Source: Macrostomum lignano
Taxonomy: Eukaryota
Direction: 5' to 3'
Assembly (NCBI GenBank): GCA_002269645.1
Contig: NIVC01002114.1
Location: 150,697-204,174, forward strand
Length of the DNA stretch: 53,478 nt
In this document: positions 1-36,389 of the stretch, piece by piece
How the letters are laid out: each line of letters starts with the position of its first letter
Numbering within the stretch: position 1 is the first letter of the stretch
Position numbers and translations under genes: made by a program
The notes under the pieces: model-generated
What the model was told of the DNA's origin: nothing
What the model saw: the letters and a program-made list of their open reading frames with translations, nothing else
The model's database searches: none

Positions 1-851
1 TGCTACAGAGTAAAACTATTGCTAAAGTCATTTTAATCATGTAGCCATACCAACGCTATTTGTGATGCTACGAGTGCAGTGCGCGTATTAAGAAATTTTT
101 GCGTAATAAATCTTAGAAAATAACATAATTGGGCCACAACTAATCTGTTCTTTGAATAATTTTTTTTACAAAAATGACAGACAAGAATGAAACTTTCTAT
201 GGGCTACCTGCATGTTGCAAAATAAATCTTGTTGAGGTGTTTTAGGAACGCAAAAAAGTGAAAATAAACAAAAAATTTTCGAGGTCATGGTTAAAGTTGA
301 CAACAAAAATTATACGTGTAGTAGTCTAGTAAAGAGAGCTTTGGTATATGTACATCCAGCAACACAGAAGCTTCCGCCCCCCCCCCCTTAATCAGTTCTC
401 AACTTTTGTCAGATTGCAGGCTTAAGTGACGCAATTCACATGCGGTTCTCGTCTCAACTGTGGGTGATGCAAATTGCGTCACAAGGCCCCGGCTTAGGAC
501 CGTAATCGGACCTAATCGTCCCACTCAGGCACGCACACACGCTCACACAGGTGTACAGCGGCCATGACTTTCTAATCGGTCCGGTATGTACACTCTCTGT
601 GCTTTAGGAGTTGCCCCTCATGGGTTCGAATCGCAGGATCGCAAGGAGCTGGGTCGTGGCTTGAGAGTCGGACGCTTTACCGCGTTAAAAAAGACATACT
701 GGCTCCGTTTGCAGCTCAAAAGTTCCGAGGGTTGTCAGATCTTGCCAATGCCTTTTCCATTAAAAACCTACGAATGAGAGGGTAACTTCCTTCTAAACGT
801 ACTTTAGCTGTCCATAATATGAACATGGGTATTCCGAGACATTCTACAAAG

Positions 852-1223
852 TCACAAATCGATAACACCTGAATCGGCGTCCCCGGCAGACCACGCAGGC
901 AACAATTCAGATTTGTGCCGGACGCAGAGGCGAGAGTCCGTCCAGGGCGACTGCAGCATCAGCAGCGGTTGAAAGTCGTGCGGCAACGGACGGTCGAGCT
1001 CGCCGAGGCAGGCCACCAGGCTGAAGTGGTCGAACTCGGACGGCGGATAGTAGGGCGAGCCGGAGAGGTCAGCAGACAGAGCCAGTTTGTTCACGTGAGC
1101 AACCACACGGTGGCAGATTTCTCGAGCCGAAGTCTGGCTGGTCACCTGAAGCGTGACTACGGCTGATGCCAGCTCGGGAACGTAGTCTGCATGCACCCGG
1201 ATGCTGGTAGGGCTCAGGCAACA

Positions 1224-1260
<37 letters not shown>

Positions 1261-4200
1261 GTTGAGCAGTTTGGCGGAAGAACACGGACAGCGTTGCCGC
1301 TGATGACGAGCCAGCATGCAGGGCGATCGCGCCAGGCGACGACGGCGACGGAAGCGGCGAGGCCGGCGAGGACGGCCGCTCGCAAAGCCGAACGCAGCTC
1401 GCCTGGCCGCTGCGGTCGCGGGCGGCGCTGATAACAGCGCCGGTCCATCGGTGCGCCCGGCAGGCGGCCTCTTGGCGAGACTGCAGCGCCTGCAGCCGCG
1501 TCAGGCGAGCCCTGGCGACCGCCATCTCGGCATCGGTGAACGCCTGTCGCTGGCGTGCATCGCGATGGCGATGACTAGTTCCAGTTGAGCTCCGAGCGCT
1601 GCCAAATCCGGATACCATCGGCTAGCGTAGGTGCTCAAGCTGAGATGCTCGAAGTGACTCAACGGCAGGCGGGAGCAGCCGGGCGGCAGGGCGGGGGAGC
1701 CGTCCGGGCCGCCAGGCGGGTCGCAGACCTGCTCGGCCGGAGGAAAAACCAGCAGCAGGCTGAGCCGCGGTGTCAGCTGGATGACTCCGCCAGTGTAAAA
1801 TCGCATGCGGGCTCGCAGGCCGCGCCTGTCGCTGCTCAGCTGCAACTGCTCGCAGCACAGTCGGTCCAGTCCCGCTCGTAGTAGTCGCCGAAAGCTGCCG
1901 CTGAACCCCGCCCCGCCAGAGTCCGAGTCGCAAGCCACCTGGCGCCATTCTTTTTCGCTGACGTGCGAGTTGGATCGCAGTCGAACGCAGGGCACGCAGT
2001 TTGGTTGGCCATTGTCTACCAAAATACTGACACTGTCTAGTGAGCTGTAGAGCTTCAGGTAGCCCAGGTAGAGTCCGGCATCCAAGCCGACAAGGAACGC
2101 GTTGAAAATGATACCAGTTCGTCCAGGTGTCCGGCTAGCACGGGATCCTCGCTGGCTGCCCGGCCAAGTGTGGCCAGCGAAGACCAGCGGAAGGCCGCTG
2201 GCGGGTCCGCCCGGCGGGTGGAGGCCTGCCGGCAGACGAGCACGATGAAGCGGGCCGATGTAGCGGAGGCTGGAGATGCAGCGTCGCCGCTGCCGAGGAT
2301 GCTAGGGTACACCTGACAATTTTGAAGCGCATGAAGGCAAACATTGTAATCGACAAGATCTTTCTACTGTGGCTACTTGGGTACATCGGAGGCAGGTCTG
2401 CGCCAAACATAGATTGACAAGATAAGAAGTTTCCGGGCTTTTATTACTACACTGGCAAAATCTCAGCTTCAAAACAGTTAAATTGATATGCAGGTTATCC
2501 AAGTTGGTTACCTGGCCCAGCTGGCAGGTGCCTAGAGCTTCCTGTAGTCGGCGCGCGGCCTGCAGCAGCGCCAGTCGCAGCAGCTGTTGGGAGCCTGGAG
2601 GCGCTGCCAGCCGTTCCAAGCGCAGGGACAGCGGCCGCAGGGCCGCACCGTCTGAGATCAGCCGGTTGAGCCAGACCAGCTCAGCCTGCAGGCCGGCTGG
2701 CTTTGCCAACTCCGACTCTATCGGGGTGTGCGGCAGCGAGTCCTCGTTGAGCAGCAGTTTCTCACCGGTGTGCATCAGCATGGTCAGGTAGAGTCCCTGC
2801 TTCGGCCGGCGAACGAACTTGTTAGTGCCGGAGAAGAGTTTGTGCAGGCTGGATCGCTTCTTGATCGGCGATCGGTTCACCGCGGCAGTCGCATGCGAGG
2901 ACGAAGCGACATCGGAGGCCTGAGACGGGCCGCCAGCTGGTGCACAAGAGGACGAAGCCGACGCTGTCTCGACGTCTTCGCTGCCGGCTAGCCAGGCAGT
3001 CAGCTCGTCGGCTGCCGAGTTACGCAGCTCGGCAACCTCGGCACCTGTCGGGCTGTCCGGCCTCGGACACGCTGCGGCCGGTCCGGCCACCTGCCACCAG
3101 GCGGACGGTGCCAGGCAGGGCGGCAGGGAGGCCTTCGCGACGCTCCAGCCGATCAGGTTAAACGCGGCGACACGGACGAAGACCGGCTGACCCGGAGGCA
3201 GGCGGTGGATTTGATAGACGGCCCGTGGCAGGCGGCCTTCAACTTCGCGATGTCCCAGCAGCGGGCTGAAGGCCTCGCTGTGCGCCCACTCGATGCGGTA
3301 GCGAACCACCGCCCAGGCCGGCTGTGGAGTCACCATCACCTTGAGCGACTCCAGGCCTGAGACCTCCAAGCTGACGCAGGCTGGCGTCGGAGCCGGCGGC
3401 GCGAGGCGAAAGTCCGCAAGCAGCTGCTGCGCCAGACGGTGGCTGTGCTCCAGGCTCTCCAGCTCCTCTTCGGCGTCCTGACTGCTGCTGGTGGACGAAC
3501 GGCTGATCAGCTTGGCGGATGCGCTGACCATCTCTTCGGCTAGGCGATGCACCGTCTCCACCAGGTGCCGCTCCATGCAGTGCAGCAAGCGCGGGTTTCC
3601 CACGGCGTCCTGGCTGAGCAGGAGCAGAGCGATGCTCTGATGGCCTCTAATCAGGGCCATGTCCAGCGGGCTGAGCTGCAGGTCGTTAATGCAGTTCTTC
3701 AGTAGCGGCCTACGGGCGAGAATCGCTTTAGCCGCGGCTACGTCGTTGTGCTCGACTGCCTCGTAGAGCCGATTAGCGTCTTGTAGAAGCGAGTTGGAGC
3801 GGAACGTCTCCGAGCTCCAGTCTTCGACATTTTTACTGCTGTTGAACCGTTTGAAGTGCCTGATGAAGGGCAGCTTGCTGTGCTTCTGAGATCCGGATCG
3901 CGGCTTCAGCGCCGGCGAGGCAATCCGCGTTGCCGCCCGTGAGGCTGCTGCGATCGCCGCTGCAGCCGCCGCAGACCTCTTATCGGCCGAGGTTGGCGGC
4001 AGCATGCGATCCGGCAGTGAGGCCTGCTTCGTCATGCCCGGATTAGACAGGCACTCGCTCGAGGCCACAAATCTGCTGCGGTAGAAGCGGCCTTTCAAAG
4101 ATCGGTCTCGGTTGAGGCCGCTGCCGCCGGCGCTGCTGCTGCTGCTGTTGCACCGAGGATGCGGCACATGCTGCTGTTGCGGGTGCAGCTTCGGCGGTGG

Positions 4201-4305
4201 CTGCTGTTTCGGCGAATTAGGCATTGATTCGGTTCGAAGCGACGTCCTTGGACTCGGCACTGGCACGCTCAGGAAGTGTGCGGATTCTTGGAGCGCCTTG
4301 TCCAT
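852..4305 (-). CDS. ANKFN1: Ankyrin repeat + fibronectin type III + C-terminal RA-like domain protein (ANKFN1 / Drosophila wide awake family); at least 2 exons, 3 apparent frame breaks
   Basis: ORF 2302-4305 has ankyrin repeats (LYEAVEHND..., LSPLDMALIRGHQSIALLLL) then FN3 (VVRYRIEWAHSEAF...VFVRVAAFNLIGWS). Intron 2313-2511 (CAG|GTAACC...TGTCAG|GTG). Family motifs follow in successive frames: GLYLGYLKLYSSLDSVSILV, RFYTGGVIQLTPRLSLLLVFP, AFTDAEMAVAR, and the RA-like SIRVHADY...FQPLLMLQSPW. Frame breaks near 2085, near 1561 and somewhere in 1210-1440. Confidence 0.85.
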
Positions 4306-5509
4306 CCTTGGCTGACTTTATAAGTCCGTCGGCTGCTGTTGCTGTTTGCAGGTGTGATTGATTAGGCAGCTGTCATCTAGGAAACTGGCGTTGGACAACC
4401 TTTTTTGTATGCCGCTACAAGAGCTGCTTGCACCCGTCTGTCCAATAAAAAGTGGCGCGCCTAGACGAAAGGTAAATGCTGTAGATAGATCTTCATTTCG
4501 CTGCTCCATCGCAGCCAACAACCCAGCCAATGCAGCTTGCGAAGCTTGCGGATTGGTTAAGCGCGGATTGCACAACCACTGTTTGCTCGTAGGCGTCTGT
4601 CTGAAGGCTTTATCGCAAAAAGATTATCGACTAAATTTTGGATAAACGTTGCTTAGATCTGTCTTCGAATTGGAGCATTGTGCGAAGTTTTACTTTGTTT
4701 AATCGCCGCTTGTGCTCTACTCTGTTCTACTTAGGATTTGTTTATCTGTTGGGTGCAACTAGTCATGGACGCCTAAAGCTTAGAAGTCTAGACAGCAAGC
4801 CGTGTTTTGAATTTAGGCCAATGATGAAATTTTGCCACTTAGGAGAATAGAAGAGGAGCTAAAAGCTACAAAATATTAACTGCAAAGTTACGTGGAGACT
4901 TAAAAGCCCAGGTTAAATTATTGTAGCCTTTTTGAAGCACTTTATTCGTAGAAAACGAGACAAAAATTGAGTTCAGAATTCGACTATCCAGATGCTCACT
5001 GGCTCTAACACTCCTTGGTGGAGCAGTTCAGTTTTCCATATATATTTTGGCGGCAGAATGGGCAAGCTAAATTTATTGCACTAGCTATTAACAGGAGAGA
5101 AAGCAGCCCATGCAATGACAGTAGGGCATGGTGGCAGCACTAGCTAATGGCATATCTGTCGCACGGGTGTTAACTGGCTTCATTTTCGGTGCAGTGTCGG
5201 ATAGGCGTTTATTAGATCTATTTTTGATATCCATAATGTGATAAATAGTTTTTGGTTTGTTATTCTGTTAGCTTTTATAATTATCAACAAATACCAGCTT
5301 TGCACGAATCAATGCTGAAACTGAAATGTCTATTAATAGATAAATGCGCACCTGCGTGACCATGCATTTATTCTGACCACCTGTTTTACCGAACGAAAAA
5401 AATGTCTAGCTACGGACCAAAATATACATTTACTCTCAATCCCATGCGACATTCCCACGTAATTCGACATAACCCGACATCCGATGATGTCGCATGGTGG
5501 GTATTTTAT

Positions 5510-6085
5510 ATATTACTCCGGCGGCTGACTCCGTTAATACGTGTAAATCGGCCGATTTAGAAACGGAGTTTCTCTTTGACGGCAAGTCCTGTACTTCTCG
5601 TCTGTCTACCTATTGTCTGTCTGTCTGTTTGTTTGTTCGTTTAGTTTGATTGTAATGCATTTTTAAAAGCGAATCAATTTTTCTGCAAATTGGTTCATTC
5701 GATTGCAAATCGCTATGAATAGGCTCGGTTTATTCCTGAGATCTCTACCTAGAAAATTTACCTGCGAAAATGGCTTACCTGATTCACTTTCTATCTAAAG
5801 AGTTTTTCTAGCAGTGAGAGCAAATTTATAGTCTATGGCTAATAGTGAAGCTAGAGTTTTTAGGTGATGGGATTCGTTCTCTTATTAACAATTGCACATG
5901 CCCAACTTAATTGTCAATGGCCAATACGTCTTGGCTCTTCTCTAAGGGGGAGAAATTGATTTCTTTTTGACATGCATTTTTAGATATTCTGGAATAAAAC
6001 GATGCCATAGCCGACTTTGACCTCTAGATGCCGAGATATTTTGCTAATAACGGCGGGGTTCTCGATTTCCATGGTCCTACATTTA
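5510..6085 (+). mobile_element. Possible non-autonomous Helentron/DINE-1-like (HINE) element
   Basis: Begins TATTACTCCGGCGG, has an internal (GTCT)n/(GTTT)n tract (about 5600-5640) and ends near GGCGGGGTT. This is the layout I recall for HINE-type elements. Boundaries approximate, no database check. Confidence 0.35.
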
Positions 6086-8519
6086 ATGGACTAGCGGTGT
6101 TTAATGATGGGATCTACAGAGTAGGTCAAAGAGTCCAAGTGTGCTAGTGTACACTAAACCTGACCACCAAAGCCAAGTTCGAGTCCGCCATTCTTTCTTT
6201 ATACGTGGTTCGCCGAGATCTGTTAGTTTACCATAGATAAACAATTTTCTGAATGAATAATTTTGGGTAAAAAATGCGACTTATCAAATAACGTAATTAT
6301 CCCTAGTAGGATAAAAGCTTCATTTGCAATTCGGTCAGTTAAGAAGTTCAATATGTGCTGATGCAGTCTTTATCCGCGCTCATGCTCTGTGCTTGACAGT
6401 GTCAATAATTTGACCTTAAATTGTGCAATCAATGTACGCTATGTGCTGGTTTGAATGCACACGAATAAAGTTAAATGCATCTCGAGGAAATTTGAGTCCC
6501 AAACACCAGCACAGCACGTGCGATGAAAGTGTGATCAAACTTTTCCAGACGAAACATGTGGCTATAAATATAATGGTTTGAAAAATTTATTAACTATCGC
6601 ATTGTAAACTCTCTAGAAGCCAGACAGTCTGGCATTTATTATTTAATTAAAAAATGGGATAGCAACAGAGCTCTATTAATAATAACAAAAAAGGTTAAAT
6701 AGTAAAATGTTTTTTACTGTTGACGACAATATATGCTCGTATAGTTTTTCAAGTTATTTTTCCTAGGAGTACCGCAGCGGGGTTTTAGTAACATTGGACT
6801 AGTTGCGCGACCCCTCTTCGGGGCATGTCAGTCGATCTAGCTACTTTAGCTGTGCACCTTGGAAGAAAGTTGCATGTGCTTTACAGTCGCTTTTAATGCA
6901 ATTTTCTTTCATGCCGCATAAACTTATTAATATTTCACGACCGTATACCATCCAAGCCCTCCCCTGCGCGCTTATCCAAGTTTCGTTGATCCCTCAGCAG
7001 TGTGCACGAGCGATGGGACGCTGATGTCGAGCTTTTTTTAGCCAAAACCCTGGAGCTCAGCTTTGCGACACAATATACGGCACTACTCGGCGTGGAAGCT
7101 CTACGCTCGTAAAAGTGCATTTTTGCTGCATCTCTTTTGCAAGCAAAATTTAACGCCATTGACCGCATGCATGCAGCAGCAGCAGTTTTTGCTCGTGTTT
7201 AAGGCTGCGCAGGGTTCACTAAGAATATTATTTTGAGCGATGACCTACGCATATAGCTCATAGCAAGCTAGCTCACTGTTGTTTTTATAGAAACCTAAGA
7301 AACAAAAACTCGGATTAACTCACGGACGGTTCTATGTAACTATGCAGACTAAATCATTTTCTAAGGCTGATTAAGATCTCGAACCTTTATAGATATCACA
7401 AAACATTTCAGAACAGATTAGAACAGTTAAAACTTTATGACTTTAGGCAATAAAATTATTGATTAACCATGACATAAACTGATATTTTCCTGCGGCAAGA
7501 ACACCAACAAATATTGGGTAAAATAAGAGCATTAGCTAGCTTCTGAGAATCATAAGAACCTTGAAAACTACTCGTAGGTACGTAGCCACTCCGCTTGATT
7601 AGAGGTTTAGCACCACAGGCTTTAGCATCAGGGACTCCAGCGCCAGAGGCGCCAGCACCATAAATGCTAATTAAAATATCGATTTTTTATTGTATGATTG
7701 CTTTTAAATATAACCCATGAATTGATGAAAATTAATAAAACTAATTGTGCACTCCAAAAAATGGAAGTCGTAATTAAACGCAGAACGACGAATGTAGAGA
7801 AATCTTTATTTTAGAAAATAAACTTTAACTGGACAGAGTGTCATAAGACTCTGCAAAGAGTTGCAGCAACGGCATGCAGTTTAGTAAAAACATGTAGTAA
7901 TGTTGACAAACTTATTTACCAACAACTATTCGTAAACTAAGTAAAGCATTTAAACAAAAATTGCCACAGTTTTTTTGCTGTTCAATTTTTTTGCTTCTCT
8001 TTTAGATGTTAAAGCCGTAGACCATCCATGGTATCCGCCAATACTCGAGCAGGGACCACTAGAAGATTACGTTAAAGGTCTACGCTACTTTCGTTGTTCC
8101 TGTGAATGAAATTTTACTTTCTTTAAAATATGGGTGAACTAATATAAGTAAAATGATAAATCAATTATAACAAGCAGCATTAAAACACGCAGATATCTGA
8201 TTCGATTTTTTAATTTTAACTCGCATTTTGTTTAAATTTTCACTTCATTTCGATTCGTTAGAGTAAAATAAGTTTCTTAGTTGTTTATACTATGTTTCAA
8301 TGCTTAGGTTATTTATGCCCGTCAAATTAAGCCTACTTAACCAATATGACGGATGGATGTTGTGTTTGGGAAATAGTATTTTTAAATTTTATATCCTTAT
8401 ACTTAAAAACTATGCTTTTAAATCTTGATTGATTTATTTTATTATAATGTAGGAGCCGGCCATATTGCACGAAGTCAAATGTGACTAATTCTGCTTTAGT
8501 TTAACAAATATTATATCCG

Positions 8520-8702
8520 AGGACTACTCAACTAGAAGAACGGGAGACTACGTTTTTAGAAAATGTTTAGGAGGCTGGTTTTCTGTTGGCTGAAAAAATG
8601 AAAATTTTTTATCTCGGTAGCTAGTGCATTTTTCGGCGAAAACCAGCCTCCTAAACAGTTTCTATGAAACGTAGCCTCCCGTTCTTCTACTTGAGCAGTC
8701 CT
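8520..8702. mobile_element. MITE-like foldback element
   Basis: Arms 8520-8583 and 8638-8702 are about 65-bp inverted repeats, roughly 90% identical by eye (AGGACTACTCAACTAGAAGAACGGG... vs ...CCCGTTCTTCTACTTGAGCAGTCCT). TATA lies just outside both ends. Confidence 0.7.
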
Positions 8703-8790
8703 TGCTTATATCTTGTCCGGAAATTATTAAAACTTCGAATATCTACATGTATGTTAATTTAACATCAAAATAGAAGCTTTTATTTACCTA

Positions 8791-10396
8791 CTATTGTCCA
8801 GCTCCTCGCAGGTCCAGTCTTCTCTGCCGCTCTTTGTTTGCCATATCGGTGATGATGGCATCAAGAGTGCCCACGCTTGTCTTCGATCGCCATTCCAACA
8901 GCGTGCCAACTGGTCGTTTTGGTTTGGCACTGCAAAACAATCGATGTTTTGTTTTATTTTTACTTTTTGTTTGAATTGATCATTTATTAATTTTAAACCC
9001 CCTCTTTATGCTAGTAAATGAACAAAACTATTGAAAGGCGCAGGTCGTGGGTTTTTTAAAACATTTTTACGTATAAACGCGATAAAATGGGAGGCAAACA
9101 ACGCGATACAAAAGTCTTTGTTACTCCATCTTTTTTAGTCTGTTTTATTTTGTTCTTTTAAGCGTAGGAGAGGTTTCTAAATATACATATTATAGTCTTT
9201 ACCGAAACAGTACACTCAGTTGGGCGCAAAACACACTATAGCAGCAAAGATTATTTAATGCAGGAAAACCAGAAGTATAATAATGTCTTCAACGGTTTAC
9301 AGAAAAAAAACGTATTGAGACGTTTAAAAGTAAATCGCTCGTAAAAAATAGTGCAAACACTTAATAAAATATTCTTTAAAAAAATATTTCTTGGATGCTG
9401 CAATTTTTGTCTTTGGATTTCTTTGAAACTGCTGGCTTACTGGTACGCACATGGCCCAAATCGAGCATCAGTTATCAGGCTGTGTTTTTGAGTAGTAAAA
9501 TACTTTGCTCCGCTCTACCTCGGCTCGCGAAAGTACTTTTCCAGCTTCCATGAAATTCTCTCCTCCCGTTGGGTTATCTGGCTATCCTCAAACCTAAAAT
9601 TTAGGTATCGAGAGGAAAGATTTTGATTCGTTGTTAATTCCCAAATTTTAAGACAATCTTACATCGGGATACATTTCTGAACTGCCTTTTTTGTTTTCTT
9701 CCTGGTGTTATAACAAGTTTAGAAAAATTGGAAAATATAGTTTCAGCTCTGAACTAATTGCGTGTTTGGGCCATGTATTAAACCTTCTTTATGTTGATAA
9801 GTTACCATAAAGTTAGGGATATAAAATAAGGAAGGTACAGGCTATGAAAACAGGCTTAACAGAAGCCTCAACTTAATACACACAACACGAATAAACTTAT
9901 ATAGACTATTTATACTGTGTATCGCTTTTTAAAAGATTGGTTTATTTACAATACAGCAACGCTCCGGCAAACAGCAACCTTTTTTTTAACTTTCTGGCTA
10001 GCTACATTGACAACAAGAGAATGTACAATCGCATATATTCTTAATAATCTGCTATTTTGGTCGCAAAACGGCCCTTTTTTGGGCAATACACAAAATCCAG
10101 TTATATAATGCCGAAACTTACACGGACCCAATCCTAGTCGATCTGCCAGAGCCAGTTTGACTGGTAGATCTCGCTGTGGCAGACTGATTTTTTGCTCGGC
10201 TAAGAATAATAACCGCAATAATTAAGCCGATATTGAGCACTGAGAATACCGCTATGAGCACTAGGAATATGTCGAAGCCGCTTGAGCCACCGCTATTATT
10301 TGATTTGGCTGCGGCCGACTCCGCGTACGACGGCGGCTGGGTCGGTGGAGCTTTGGTGGCTGGAGCGGCAGCGGCCCTGCGCACGATGAAATGCAT
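8791..10396 (-). CDS. Small single-pass membrane protein of unknown function (about 137 aa, 2 coding exons)
   Basis: Exon 10122-10396 (MHFIVRR...TM IFLVLIAVFSVLNIGLIIAVIIL...STRIGS) ends at a phase-2 GTAAGT donor. It joins a TTTTGCAG acceptor at exon 8791-8929, giving V-AKPKRPVGTLLEWRSKTSVGTLDAIITDMANKERQRRLDLRGAGQ*. Phases match and the frame is open. Confidence 0.65.
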
Positions 10397-10800
10397 ATTG
10401 TCGTCGCAAGGTGGTTGCTCAAGCGACTGTGTAAACTCGTGTGGCCCCCTTGTCGATCGATATTAGATGTAATAATACCGCGCTTCAAGCAAACTTCCCT
10501 TAGCTGGTCTTTCGCTATTCGACTCTGCTATAGAAAACTAAGGGGCGGCAGCAGTAGTCTATGGTAAATAGCAGTTTGCCTGGCTGAGAAAACAGGGGCA
10601 TTTTCTATCGAACTGCAGATTCCAGCTCCGGCCATAGACGGGGCGATTAAAAAAGTTTAACTGTGTACTTTTTTGGCATCTGCTTGAATAGGCAAGAGTA
10701 AATATAAAGGATAAAAATCTTGCAAATCTTCAAGAAATCTCTAAGAAAATGAGTAAATGTTTTTCTGTCAAGGCAAGAAGTTCTCTGCGATCGAATGCTT

Positions 10801-35448
<24,648 letters not shown>

Positions 35449-35461
35449 ATCAGTGTCGAGT

Positions 35462-35815
35462 GTCTCGGACAGTTTACAGAGTGTCTCGGACAGTTCACAG
35501 AGATGATTCTCTCGGACAGTTAACAGAGATGATTCTCTCGGACAGTTAACAGAGATTATTCTCTCGGACAGTTAACAGAGATTATTCTCTCGGACAGTTC
35601 ACAGAGATGATTCTCTCGGACAGTTAACAGAGATTATTCTCTCGGACAGTTAACAGAGATTATTCTCTCGGACAGTTCACAGAGATTATTCTCTCGGACA
35701 GTTAACAGAGATTATTCTCTCGGACAGTTCACAGAGATGATTCTCTCCGACAGTTCACAGAGATGATTCTCTCGGACGGTACATAAAGAAGAGTCTCTCG
35801 GACAGTTCACAGAGG
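35462..35815 (+). repeat. 26-bp minisatellite (CTCTCGGACAGTTAACAGAGATTATT)
   Basis: Visible tandem units immediately upstream of the putative TRPM ATG. Confidence 0.92.
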
Positions 35816-36389
35816 ATATTCCCTTGGACAAGTTAAAATCGAGATCCTCTCGGGACGTACAGTTTTCAGAGTTGATTCTCTCGGGCAAGTCAAAAGCATC
35901 TCTCGGACTAACTGTGTATTGCGCAGTCAACTAGTGGTTATAATTTTGTTCCAAAATTTACCCCCAAAAGGTCCGCATCCCCATCAGCATCAGCCCCTCC
36001 CCCTTCTTCCCCATCCCTGGTTGCTTTTAATTAGCAACCTAATGCAGCCAGTTTTTGAGAATAATAAATGAGATATCCAATCGGTCAATATGACTGCAGC
36101 TTATCATTCCCTAACATCTGCAATATAAATTTATTTGCTCAGCACATAAAGGAGTCAGTATTCAAAACTGAGAGCAGCTATGCGTATAGCATAAAATTAT
36201 TTTTGCTACTTAATTCATCCGATTAGCGATTCAATAAAAACTTTTTAAAATATTTACACCTACTCATAGTAGAATGCAAGGAGACATTACGCAGCGATTC
36301 AAATTTAGTTTAATAATATGTATTTTAATCTTCTTAATTGAAATCCTATAGGCTAAAGTGATACTAGGACATTTTTTGCTTCCCGAGCG

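Noticed and set aside
6780-7260. GC-richer patch with ORFs 6803-7024 and 6935-7168
   Set aside because: No recognisable protein motif or consistent splice sites. It may be regulatory but I cannot support that.
10315-10335. PPSY (PPxY, WW-binding) motif in the small membrane protein
   Set aside because: Basic residues follow the TM segment, so the N-terminus with PPSY is probably non-cytosolic.
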